Shown: piece by piece, positions 1-7,753 of the stretch
Layout: the number at the start of each line of letters is the position of its first letter
Position numbering within the stretch: the stretch's first letter is position 1
Assembly: GCA_900546175.1 (NCBI GenBank)
Contig: URBX01000003.1
Location: 2,224 to 66,223 of the forward strand
From: an uncultured Eggerthella sp.
GTDB lineage: Bacteria > Actinomycetota > Coriobacteriia > Coriobacteriales > Eggerthellaceae
Length of the DNA: 64,000 bases
Direction of reading: 5' to 3'
The notes under the pieces: generated by a model
What the model was told of the DNA's origin: nothing
Databases searched by the model: none
Seen by the model: only the letters and a program-made list of their open reading frames with translations
Made by a program: the position numbers and the translations under genes

Positions 1-705
1 GTAACGAGCATCATCGGCCCCAACGGCTGCGGCAAGTCATCGCTGCTTAAGCTTGCAAGCGGCATCTGCAAGCCCTGGAAAGGCAGCATCAGCGTGATGG
101 GGCGCGATGTCAGCGCGCTTTCCTCCAAAGAGCGCGCGCGTCTGTTAAGTTTGCTGACGCAGGAGCACGCCGCACCGCCCATGAGCGTGCGGCGATTGGT
201 GGCCTGTGGTAGGTACCCGCATCATGGGATACTCGCAACGATGGAAACTGCCGATTACGAAGCAGTGGAGCGGGCACTTGAGGCGTGCAGGCTGGCAGAC
301 CTTGCCGAGCGCCCGGTAGCTGAGCTTTCCGGCGGCCAGCGGCAACGCGCCTTCATCGCCATGGTCCTGGCGCAAGACACGCCCGTTGTGCTCTTCGACG
401 AGCCGACCTCGTTTCTCGACGTGTCCGCGTGCTACGAGGTAATGGAGCTGATGCGTTTGCTCAAGGAGGAGCATGGCAAAACCGTTGTCGCGGTGATCCA
501 TGACATCGATTTGGCGCTTAGGTACTCCGACGAGGTATGCGTCATGCGTGATGGCAAGCTACTAGTCCAAGGAGCGCCGCAAGAGGCCAAAGTGCTTGCG
601 GCAGTCGAAGACGCCTTCGACGTACACATTGAGCTGCTTCACGGCGAGCTGGGAAGCTTTTACGCGCTATGGCGGCGGTCGAAGACAAAGCCACCAGCGA
701 AATAA
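1..705 (+). CDS. ABC transporter ATP-binding protein, iron-siderophore/cobalamin (FepC/FecE-like) type; 5' end lies outside the window
   Basis: Frame 1 from nt 1 reads VTSIIGPNGCGKSSLLKL (Walker A), later LSGGQRQRAFIAMVL (ABC signature) and VVLFDEPTSFLD (Walker B); stop at 705. Confidence 0.85.
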   Translation, partial: VTSIIGPNGCGKSSLLKLASGICKPWKGSISVMGRDVSALSSKERARLLSLLTQEHAAPPMSVRRLVACGRYPHHGILATMETADYEAVERALEACRLADLAERPVAELSGGQRQRAFIAMVLAQDTPVVLFDEPTSFLDVSACYEVMELMRLLKEEHGKTVVAVIHDIDLALRYSDEVCVMRDGKLLVQGAPQEAKVLAAVEDAFDVHIELLHGELGSFYALWRRSKTKPPAK

Positions 706-803
706 CGGGAATAACAGCTTCCGGACCCTCTGGTTCGGAGGCTTTGTTTTTCGTTCTGCCCAAAAAGAGCTCCTTGCCAAAGCCCCATGGATAGCGAACA
801 GCT

Positions 804-1244
804 TTATCGAGCGTGCGCGTTTTCGTAGGCGCCTTTGATTTCTTCTGGCAAATCGTCGGGAATCAGCGCCTTTACCCTATCCTCACTGCCATCTTGAATC
901 GCCTGCTCGTAGTACCAGCATTTGAACTTCAACATGTCCAGCGCGCGGTTCATGTTCTCGATTTCCGACTCCATATGGGCCTTCCGCTCCTCGAACATGG
1001 CCTTGCGTTTGGGGTAAGTTGATGGACCCTCCGCGCACCATTCCATGAACAGACGGATGTCCTTGATCTCCATTCCCGCCTCCTTCAGGCATTCGATGAC
1101 TCGAAGCGCCTCGAGTTCCGTATCGCCGAAACGGCGAATACCGGATGTCCGCTCCAATCCCGGGAACAATCCCTGCTTGTCGTAATACCGCAGCGTGGAA
1201 ACGGGCAAGCCGAACATCTCCGCCACCTGTCCGATTGTATACAT
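804..1244 (-). CDS. MerR family transcriptional regulator
   Basis: N-terminal MYTIGQVAEMFGLPVSTLRYYDKQGLF is a classic MerR HTH; a coiled-coil C-terminal half follows; divergent from the operon starting at 1350. Confidence 0.85.
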   Translation of the reverse strand: MYTIGQVAEMFGLPVSTLRYYDKQGLFPGLERTSGIRRFGDTELEALRVIECLKEAGMEIKDIRLFMEWCAEGPSTYPKRKAMFEERKAHMESEIENMNRALDMLKFKCWYYEQAIQDGSEDRVKALIPDDLPEEIKGAYENAHAR

Positions 1245-1275
1245 GGCTCCTCCGAATTAATCTCGAATTCATTCC

Positions 1276-1310
1276 TTGACCTAAAGTTAGGTTTAGGTAT
1301 TACCTTTATT
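1276..1310 (+). promoter_or_regulatory. Putative MerR-type promoter/operator in the merR-flavodoxin intergenic region
   Basis: TTGACC (1276-1281), 19-nt spacer containing the near-palindrome ACCTAAAGTTAGGT, then TACCTT (TAnnnT); 19-20 bp spacers are typical of MerR-regulated promoters. Confidence 0.35.
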
Positions 1311-1349
1311 ATCGACAATAGAAATCGCGAGTTCAAGGGGTATTCCGTA

Positions 1350-1889
1350 ATGAGTAAAACGGTTTTGATAGTTTCTTCAAGTCCTCGAAAGAATGGTAAT
1401 TCCGAGACGTTGGCGGACGCATTCGCCAAAGGAGCGCAAGAAGCGGGTCACAGCGTGGAGACCGTGCACCTGCGCGAAAAGCAGCTCGGCTTCTGCAGGG
1501 GCTGCCTTGCCTGCTTAAAGCTGGGGCACTGCGTCATCCAGGACGATGCCGTGGAAATTGCCGCCAAGATGCACGATGCGGATGTGTTGGTGTTCGCAAC
1601 GCCCGTCTACTACTACAGCGTCTGCGGCCAGCTCAAGACCATGCTTGACCGTGCTAACCCGCTTTTCGGCTCCGATTACGCATTCACCGAGGCTTATCTG
1701 TTGGCAACGGCGGCGGAGGATGAGCGCTCGACCTTCGACGGCACGAAAAAGGCGGTACAGGGCTGGGTTGATTGCTTCCCTCGCTGCACGCTTGCCGGAA
1801 CGGTATTCGCTGGCGGCGTGAATGGCGTGGGCGAAATCACGGGGCATCCTGCTCTGGAGCAGGCGCAACGAATGGGCATGGGAATCTAG
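1350..1889 (+). CDS. Flavodoxin-like NAD(P)H-dependent FMN reductase / iron-sulfur flavoprotein family
   Basis: MSKTVLIVSSSPRKNGNSETLADAF...VLVFATPVYYYSVCGQLK: flavodoxin-like fold signature (SSPR..G.S, ATPVY). Confidence 0.7.
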   Translation: MSKTVLIVSSSPRKNGNSETLADAFAKGAQEAGHSVETVHLREKQLGFCRGCLACLKLGHCVIQDDAVEIAAKMHDADVLVFATPVYYYSVCGQLKTMLDRANPLFGSDYAFTEAYLLATAAEDERSTFDGTKKAVQGWVDCFPRCTLAGTVFAGGVNGVGEITGHPALEQAQRMGMGI

Positions 1890-1951
1890 GCGCTGCTTAG
1901 CTTCGCGGAAGCAGTTTTGCACCCAAAACCATCGACAGGAGGAAATCGATC

Positions 1952-2299
1952 ATGGCAATTAAACAAACAGCAGGCAGGGATGCCCTGGGGGACTTCGCCC
2001 CCAAATTCGCACAGTTAAATGATGACGTACTGTTCGGCGAGGTGTGGAGCCGAGAGGGCAAGCTCTCTTTGCACGACCGCAGCGTGGTGACGGTGGTGGC
2101 CCTGATGGCGCAGGGACTGACGGACTCTTCATTCCAATATCATCTGATGTCCGCTAAGAGCAACGGTGTGACCAGGACAGAGATAGCGGAAATCCTGACA
2201 CATGCGGCGTTCTACGCGGGATGGCCTAAGGCGTGGGCGGCCTTTCGTATGGCGAAGGAAGGTCTGGGCAGATGGCGATGCCACCGACGCAAGAGCTGA
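1952..2299 (+). CDS. Carboxymuconolactone decarboxylase (AhpD-like) family protein
   Basis: CMD-family motifs (ELTHAAFYAGWPKAWAA); the 3' end is uncertain because the ORF runs into the next gene. Confidence 0.65.
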   Translation: MAIKQTAGRDALGDFAPKFAQLNDDVLFGEVWSREGKLSLHDRSVVTVVALMAQGLTDSSFQYHLMSAKSNGVTRTEIAEILTHAAFYAGWPKAWAAFRMAKEGLGRWRCHRRKS

Positions 2300-2312
2300 G
2301 CATCAAAACGAG

Positions 2313-2717
2313 ATGGCCTTTCCTATCGGTGCTCCCAACGACGCATTCGCGAAGTACTTTATCGGGCAAAGCTACCTCGCTCCCCTTTCCACCGAGCAAG
2401 TCGGCATTTACAACGTTACGTTTGAGCCCGGCTGCCGCAACAACTGGCACACACATCACGCCAAAAGCGGTGGCGGACAGATCCTCGTCTGCGTGGCTGG
2501 TCGAGGGCTTTACCAGGAATGGGGTAAACCGGCACAAGAACTGTGCCCTGGCGATGTAGTGAATATTCCCGCGGGCGTAAAGCACTGGCACGGTGCGGCG
2601 CCTGACAGTTGGTTCTCCCATCTCGCGGTGGAAGTTCCAGGTGAGGAGACCTCCAACGAGTGGTTGGAGCCCGTAGACGACGAGCAATACTTTAAAGCGA
2701 CTAACAAGGAGGCTTAA
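2313..2717 (+). CDS. Cupin domain protein
   Basis: Start taken as the internal Met (MAFPIGAPND) to avoid overlap with the previous gene; two-His cupin motifs (NNWHTHH, GVKHWHG). Confidence 0.65.
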   Translation: MAFPIGAPNDAFAKYFIGQSYLAPLSTEQVGIYNVTFEPGCRNNWHTHHAKSGGGQILVCVAGRGLYQEWGKPAQELCPGDVVNIPAGVKHWHGAAPDSWFSHLAVEVPGEETSNEWLEPVDDEQYFKATNKEA

Positions 2718-2719
2718 AT

Positions 2720-3691
2720 ATGGAGCAGTTGAATCTGACGCAGGAATGGGACAAGGTGTTCCCCAAAAGCGACAAGGTCGAGCACAGCAAGGCGACCTTC
2801 CATAACCGATATGGCATCACGCTGGCGGCCGACGTGTACGTGCCGAAGAACGTGGAAGGTAAGCTGCCCGCCATCGCTGTTAGCGGCCCGTTTGGCGCGG
2901 TGAAGGAGCAATCGTCCGGCCTTTATGCGCAGAAGATGGCGGAGCTGGGCTTTTTCACGCTTGCCTTCGACCCGTCCTATACCGGTGAGAGCGGCGGCAC
3001 GCCCCGCTATGTAGCATCGCCGGACATCAACACCGAGGACTTCTGCGCAGCGGTGGACTTCCTCTCCGTGCAGGAAAGCGTTGACCCGGAGCGCATCGGC
3101 ATCATCGGCATCTGCGGTTGGGGCGGTATGGCAATCAATGCTGCAGCCATTGACACCCGCATCAAAGCTACTGCCGCCATGACCATGTACGACATGACCC
3201 GTGTGACCGCCAACGGCTATTTTGACGCCGAGGATTCCGAGCAGGCGCGCTTCGAAACACGGAAAGCGCTGAACGCACAGCGCACCGAGGACTATAAAAA
3301 CGGCAGCTACGCGCTTGGGGGCGGCGTGGTCGATCCGCTGCCGGAGGACGCGCCGCAGTTCGTGGCAGATTATTACGCCTACTACAAGACTCCGCGAGGC
3401 TACCATCCCCGCAGTCTGAACTCCAACGGCGGCTGGAATGTAACGTCCTCACTGTCGTTTTTGAATATGCCGATCTTGCAGTACGCCGGCGAGATCCGCT
3501 CTGCCGTATTGCTGGTGCACGGCGAGAAGGCGCACTCCCGCTATTTCAGCGAAACCGCGTACAGCAAGCTGACCGGGGACAACAAGGAATTGCTCATTAT
3601 CCCGGGTGCCAGCCACACCGACCTCTACGATCAGTTGGATATCATTCCGTTTGAAAAGTTGAAAGCGTTCTTTGAGGAATATCTGAAATAA
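2720..3691 (+). CDS. Alpha/beta hydrolase (dienelactone-hydrolase/esterase-like)
   Basis: 323 aa; nucleophile-elbow-like GICGWGG; starts 3 nt after the cupin gene stop, so it is the fourth gene of the MerR-divergent operon. Confidence 0.7.
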   Translation: MEQLNLTQEWDKVFPKSDKVEHSKATFHNRYGITLAADVYVPKNVEGKLPAIAVSGPFGAVKEQSSGLYAQKMAELGFFTLAFDPSYTGESGGTPRYVASPDINTEDFCAAVDFLSVQESVDPERIGIIGICGWGGMAINAAAIDTRIKATAAMTMYDMTRVTANGYFDAEDSEQARFETRKALNAQRTEDYKNGSYALGGGVVDPLPEDAPQFVADYYAYYKTPRGYHPRSLNSNGGWNVTSSLSFLNMPILQYAGEIRSAVLLVHGEKAHSRYFSETAYSKLTGDNKELLIIPGASHTDLYDQLDIIPFEKLKAFFEEYLK

Positions 3692-4106
3692 GGCGCACCT
3701 TGATTCAATGCCAAGCCTGCAGCAACGATTCTTCCAGTCATGGTCACAGCATGCGGCTTCTGAACTGCGGAAACGCGCAGGAATAAAGCCGCTAGCTATG
3801 ATTCCTTCCTCGAAATAGGTGAAGAGGGGCCGAAATAGCGAATTCACGCCCCCAACCAGGATGTCTGCAACCTGTAATTCTGCCTGTTTTTGTCCTTGGG
3901 ACAAAAACGAAACTGCAGGCATTCAGTGGCCGAAAAGTTTTCTGCGTTGTCCTGCGTTTCGTCCCAAACGCCTACACGAAGACACGCGGCGAGATTCGGT
4001 GGCAAGACACCTAAAGCCGACGACACAACTGGAATAGGCTGGAATGACGCCATGACATACGAGCGTGAATGAGTGGGAGTAAAACCGCACATAATAAAGA
4101 AGCCAT

Positions 4107-4145
4107 AAAAGCCATGGAAGCCCTTCCGAATTGGAAGGGCTTCTT
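4107..4145 (+). terminator. Rho-independent terminator
   Basis: GAAGCCCTTCC-gaat-TGGAAGGGCTTC stem-loop followed by TTTTTTAT. Confidence 0.6.
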
Positions 4146-4205
4146 TTTTATACAGCACCCCAACTCTGAGTCGTCCTTGTCTTGAATTTACCATTTGGTA
4201 TTTGT

Positions 4206-4240
4206 CTTGACGCATTGCAAATTCTTGCGGTAGAATACAA
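4206..4240 (+). promoter_or_regulatory. Sigma70-like promoter for the XRE/ImmA module
   Basis: TTGACG (4206-4211), 17-nt spacer, then GTAGAAT extended -10, about 35 nt upstream of the XRE start. Confidence 0.45.
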
Positions 4241-4276
4241 ATGGTAATGGAATTACCAGAAGGAAAGGGAGGAACT

Positions 4277-4582
4277 ATGCACGTCGGAGAGAGGATCCAG
4301 ATTCTCCTGGAGTCTAGGAACATGACTAGGAAGCAACTGGCAGAAGCAAGCGGGCTCACTGAGGCTGCCATCAGCAGGTATATTACGGGAGCGCGCAACC
4401 CAAAGTCCATCAGCCTCAGCGCCATCGCGAAGGCTCTTGACGTCACATCCGACGAACTGCTCGGCAATACTATCGATACATCGAATGATGTCGATGAGGC
4501 CATCCGCCTTGTTGCGAGAAATGCTGGAAGCATCACAAAGGAGCAGAAGAAATTCCTCATCAACGCTCTCATCGGAGACTAG
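4277..4582 (+). CDS. XRE-family helix-turn-helix transcriptional regulator
   Basis: LTRKQLAEASGLTEAAISRYITGARNPKSISLSAIAKALDV is an HTH_XRE; start chosen at MHVGERIQ. Confidence 0.8.
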   Translation: MHVGERIQILLESRNMTRKQLAEASGLTEAAISRYITGARNPKSISLSAIAKALDVTSDELLGNTIDTSNDVDEAIRLVARNAGSITKEQKKFLINALIGD

Positions 4583-4591
4583 GAGAGAAGC

Positions 4592-5164
4592 TTGCTATTG
4601 AAGCCATCACGCTATGAAGAGTTAAATCAGGAGGTCGTCAACCTTTTCGAGACCTACGGCATGTCTACCTTCCCGCTTGACGTTTTCTGTCTTGCTGGAA
4701 AAATGGGCGTCTGCTTGAGATCGTACTCGTCAATCCCCCTTGCCAAGCGTTCTGTCTTTGGGGACCTTTCCAAAGATGCATTCACCATCTCCAAGGGCAA
4801 ATATAAAGTCGACACTACGTTTATCTGTTTCAATCAGGACGCAAACGCAGGAAGGCTCAGGCACAGCATCGCCCATGAAATCGCTCACATCTGGTTGGAG
4901 CATCCAAGCGATGAGGAGCCCTTCGAAACCGAAGCCAATTATTTCGCGGCCTATCTTTTGGCGCCCATACCCGTCGTAATTAATAAGCAGCTAAGAACAC
5001 CTCGCGAAGTCCAGGATTATTTTGGAATCAGCCAGGAGGCTGCGCGAATCGCACTCGAGCGGGCAAGAAACCGCCGCAATTGCAGGAAACCTGGTTTTGA
5101 CTACGAATATCGTGTTATCGAAATGAGTGTTTTGAAGGGAGGTGGTTGCCTTGAGAGTGCTTAA
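4592..5164 (+). CDS. ImmA/IrrE family metallo-endopeptidase
   Basis: HEIAHIWLEH (HExxH) motif; immediately follows the XRE gene, the canonical XRE-ImmA pair of phage/ICE regulatory modules. Confidence 0.8.
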   Translation: MLLKPSRYEELNQEVVNLFETYGMSTFPLDVFCLAGKMGVCLRSYSSIPLAKRSVFGDLSKDAFTISKGKYKVDTTFICFNQDANAGRLRHSIAHEIAHIWLEHPSDEEPFETEANYFAAYLLAPIPVVINKQLRTPREVQDYFGISQEAARIALERARNRRNCRKPGFDYEYRVIEMSVLKGGGCLESA

Positions 5165-5403
5165 CAAAATACAGCCGCCGGAATTGGCGTTCCAGCGGCT
5201 GTGGGCGGCATGCAAATGCACACCACGTAGCAATGGTATTTTGCCATGCCGCTCATCAAATCCTTTCGTAAATAAACAAATTTTCGATGAGAAAGCATGG
5301 TGTACCCATGATTAACTGCAACTTGTCGCCCAAGAGCGTCTGCGACCTGTGCTGTGGCACGGGCAGTATCCTCCTCTCTTTCAGGGAAGGAGGTGATTGC
5401 TAG

Positions 5404-6066
5404 ATGAGCAAGCAAAACCATAAGAGGCCTGGATGCGTCGATGTATTTAGGTCCTATCTTGTCAACGATGCCTCGTTCGCGGGCGATCTTGAGATTCCAG
5501 TTATCCACCCGACAACAGTCGTGCCTAAAAAAATCGCTCCTTTCTCTCAAGCGATTTCAGCAAAAAACAGAGATTTGTGGGTGCATTTCTACGAGGACGA
5601 TGTGAAGTTCGAAAGGGTTTGGAACAACCCGAAGCGTTATCTGGAAATACTCTCTGGATTCGAAGGCGTTATTGCACCTGACTTCAGCGTATACAGAGAC
5701 ATGCCTCTCGTGATGCAATTCTGGAACATCTACAGATCTCGCGCAATAGCCCACGCGCTCCAATCCAGAGGCGTCACTGTCATCCCGAACCTGCGTTTTG
5801 GAGATAGGCGAACCTGGGAGGCTTGCTGCCTCGGAATCAGCAAGCGCTCGGTCATCGCGGTTGGAAGCTATGGGAATATCAAGAATGTGGAGGATCGAAG
5901 GCACTTCACTGATGGCCTCGACTATGTTTCAAACCGGATTAAACCATGCGCAATTGTTTTCTATGGCTCCACCCCCGATTCGATTCTAAGGAAGCTCCAA
6001 GGTGCCGGTATAGCGACTATTTCGTTTGAGAGCACGTTTTCCCAATCACGCAAGAGGAGCCGCTAA
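5404..6066 (+). CDS. Hypothetical protein, resembles the DUF4417 family (recalled from memory, unverified)
   Basis: 220 aa; motifs WVHFYEDDVKFERVWNNP and APDFSVYRDMP; RBS GGAAGGAGGTG upstream; its stop TAA overlaps the next start (TAATG). Confidence 0.5.
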   Translation: MSKQNHKRPGCVDVFRSYLVNDASFAGDLEIPVIHPTTVVPKKIAPFSQAISAKNRDLWVHFYEDDVKFERVWNNPKRYLEILSGFEGVIAPDFSVYRDMPLVMQFWNIYRSRAIAHALQSRGVTVIPNLRFGDRRTWEACCLGISKRSVIAVGSYGNIKNVEDRRHFTDGLDYVSNRIKPCAIVFYGSTPDSILRKLQGAGIATISFESTFSQSRKRSR

Positions 6067-6560
6067 TGGGCGGCGGATATCATGGCGGCTTTGGCGCAAC
6101 CTTGGGAAGTGCTTTTGCCGGAGATGCAAGCTTTATGGGCAGCTCAGAACGGTTTCTGAAAAACATCAGAAACCGCAATGATGTCGACCCTGGCGGAAAA
6201 TTCGACATCATCGCTCATGGAACAGCCCACACTATCGAAATCGAACACAATGGGCAAAAGATTCAGGTAAATTCGCGCACGGCGGCAAATATGATCAAGA
6301 GGCTTTCAGGCTACAACGGCCAAAGCATCAGGCTTCTGTCTTGCAGCACGGGATCAGACAGCGCAGGCTTCGCACAGAATCTCGCCAATAAGCTCGGCGT
6401 AACAGTGTATGCACCTAGCGATAAACTATGGGCATATGGGAATGGGCGCCATGTTATCGCCCCAACCAGTTTAACAAAAGACCGCTTTGGAAATCCACGG
6501 CCAGATCTCAGTAGACCCGGAAGATTTGTAAAATACACCCCAGGAGGTAACAAACGATGA
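6066..6560 (+). CDS. Hypothetical protein with a Gly-rich N-terminus and a candidate His-Gly...Cys catalytic dyad (caspase-fold/clan-CD-like arrangement is an inference)
   Basis: FDIIAHGTAH (hydrophobic strand + HG) and, about 50 aa later, SIRLLSCSTG (hydrophobic strand + Cys); start/stop coupled to both neighbours. Confidence 0.5.
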   Translation: MGGGYHGGFGATLGSAFAGDASFMGSSERFLKNIRNRNDVDPGGKFDIIAHGTAHTIEIEHNGQKIQVNSRTAANMIKRLSGYNGQSIRLLSCSTGSDSAGFAQNLANKLGVTVYAPSDKLWAYGNGRHVIAPTSLTKDRFGNPRPDLSRPGRFVKYTPGGNKR

Positions 6561-6904
6561 ACTGTCCTGAATGCAACGCTTCGACCATTTCTAAAATCGA
6601 GGGATCGAGCCTCGTTATCGAATGCGCAGAGTGCGGTTGGTCAATCGCAACCAGTCACATCGATCCGATCTACGAGGACGAGACGATTTACCTCGTTCAT
6701 GTAGGATTCAACAAGAACCCAAGCAAAGAGGCCCTCAAGGCTGTAGCGCGTATCACTGGAGGAAACTTCATCTCCGCAAAGCGCCTTCTCGAAACTCCAG
6801 GCTCAAAGCTAATCGAAGGAAAGGCTCCTGTAGTCAAGAAGTGCCTTGAAGACCTTACGGCCGCTGGCGTCAGTTTTGAGGTGAATCCCGAATTCCTCTT
6901 TTAG
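6557..6904 (+). CDS. Zn-ribbon protein with a ribosomal L7/L12 C-terminal-domain-like module
   Basis: N-terminal CPEC...CAEC zinc ribbon; the C-terminus LKAVARITGGNFISAKRLLETPGSKLIEGKAPVVKKCLEDLTAAGVSFEV aligns residue-by-residue in pattern with the L7/L12 CTD ([53 protein letters not shown]); its ATG overlaps the previous stop (ATGA). Confidence 0.6.
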   Translation: MNCPECNASTISKIEGSSLVIECAECGWSIATSHIDPIYEDETIYLVHVGFNKNPSKEALKAVARITGGNFISAKRLLETPGSKLIEGKAPVVKKCLEDLTAAGVSFEVNPEFLF

Positions 6905-6959
6905 CAGAGGCGTGTGATTTTTCGGTGTTGGGCCGCTGATGCTGTATGCGCCAGCGGCC

Positions 6960-7160
6960 CAGCCTCTCACAGCTTATTTCTTTTTGAATTTAAACTCGTG
7001 ACTCACAGTGACTCACAAAAATGTCTCGGTTGACCCAAAAAACCGTGACCCAAATTTGACCACAGCCAAACGTCAATTTTTGAGACTGAGCGTAAATAGG
7101 ATCATCTAGAACAAACTGCGATAAACTGGAGCAAACTGGAGAGAGTTTTTTACTATTGAG
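6960..7160. repeat. Non-coding region with short direct repeats
   Basis: GTGACTCACA x2 in tandem (about 6998-7017), several TGACCCA copies, AAACTGGAG x3 (7117-7143); no credible ORF between 6905 and 7750. Confidence 0.4.
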
Positions 7161-7753
7161 TGGGAATAATACACCATAAAAAGTGTATTAGTTATCTCCA
7201 GTGAATTGAGGTTTTCTAGAGCGTGATTTAGTTCATCCAGCTTGCGTTAAGCAGGTACAATCCGAAGGAAAACTGCAGTTCAGATACATAAAATGCTAGG
7301 TAGTTTCATATTTCTACCTAGCCTTTGTTTTGCTCCGTAACCGTATCAAATTCTACATGTTGGTTCTATACGGCTACGAATCTGGTAAGCGTTTCTGGCT
7401 TGGGGCACCTGCACGGAATCACGCAAATGGAGTACGTGCTCTGCTCGTGCTCTACGCTCGTTTCGCTGGATTTCCGTGGCATGGGGCCTGGAGAACGGTT
7501 GAATCTAAAGATGACATTCGGCGCTTGTACGTCGCTTGAGCGGATCCTGATTGATGCCGATTGGATACTGCTTACGCTGAGCGACAAGTATGTGACGTTC
7601 CACAACTGCTCATGCCTTGTAGGCGGCAACGAAACGACGTACTCCAGAAGCAGGATCTCGAGCAATTGCATGAGGATTGACATCGAGGGACAGGCGGGTT
7701 ATCTGACTGCGAAGTGGTATGAAAACGCCCCTCCCGATTGGGAGGGACATGGG

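Noticed and set aside
2714-3406. 230-aa minus-strand ORF overlapping the alpha/beta hydrolase gene
   Set aside because: It is antisense to a well-supported gene with no RBS, and is a GC-rich artefact. The same applies to 3449-3922 and 3168-3452.
3844-4572. 242-aa minus-strand ORF
   Set aside because: It runs antisense through the XRE gene, its promoter and the terminator, has no RBS, and its composition is implausible.
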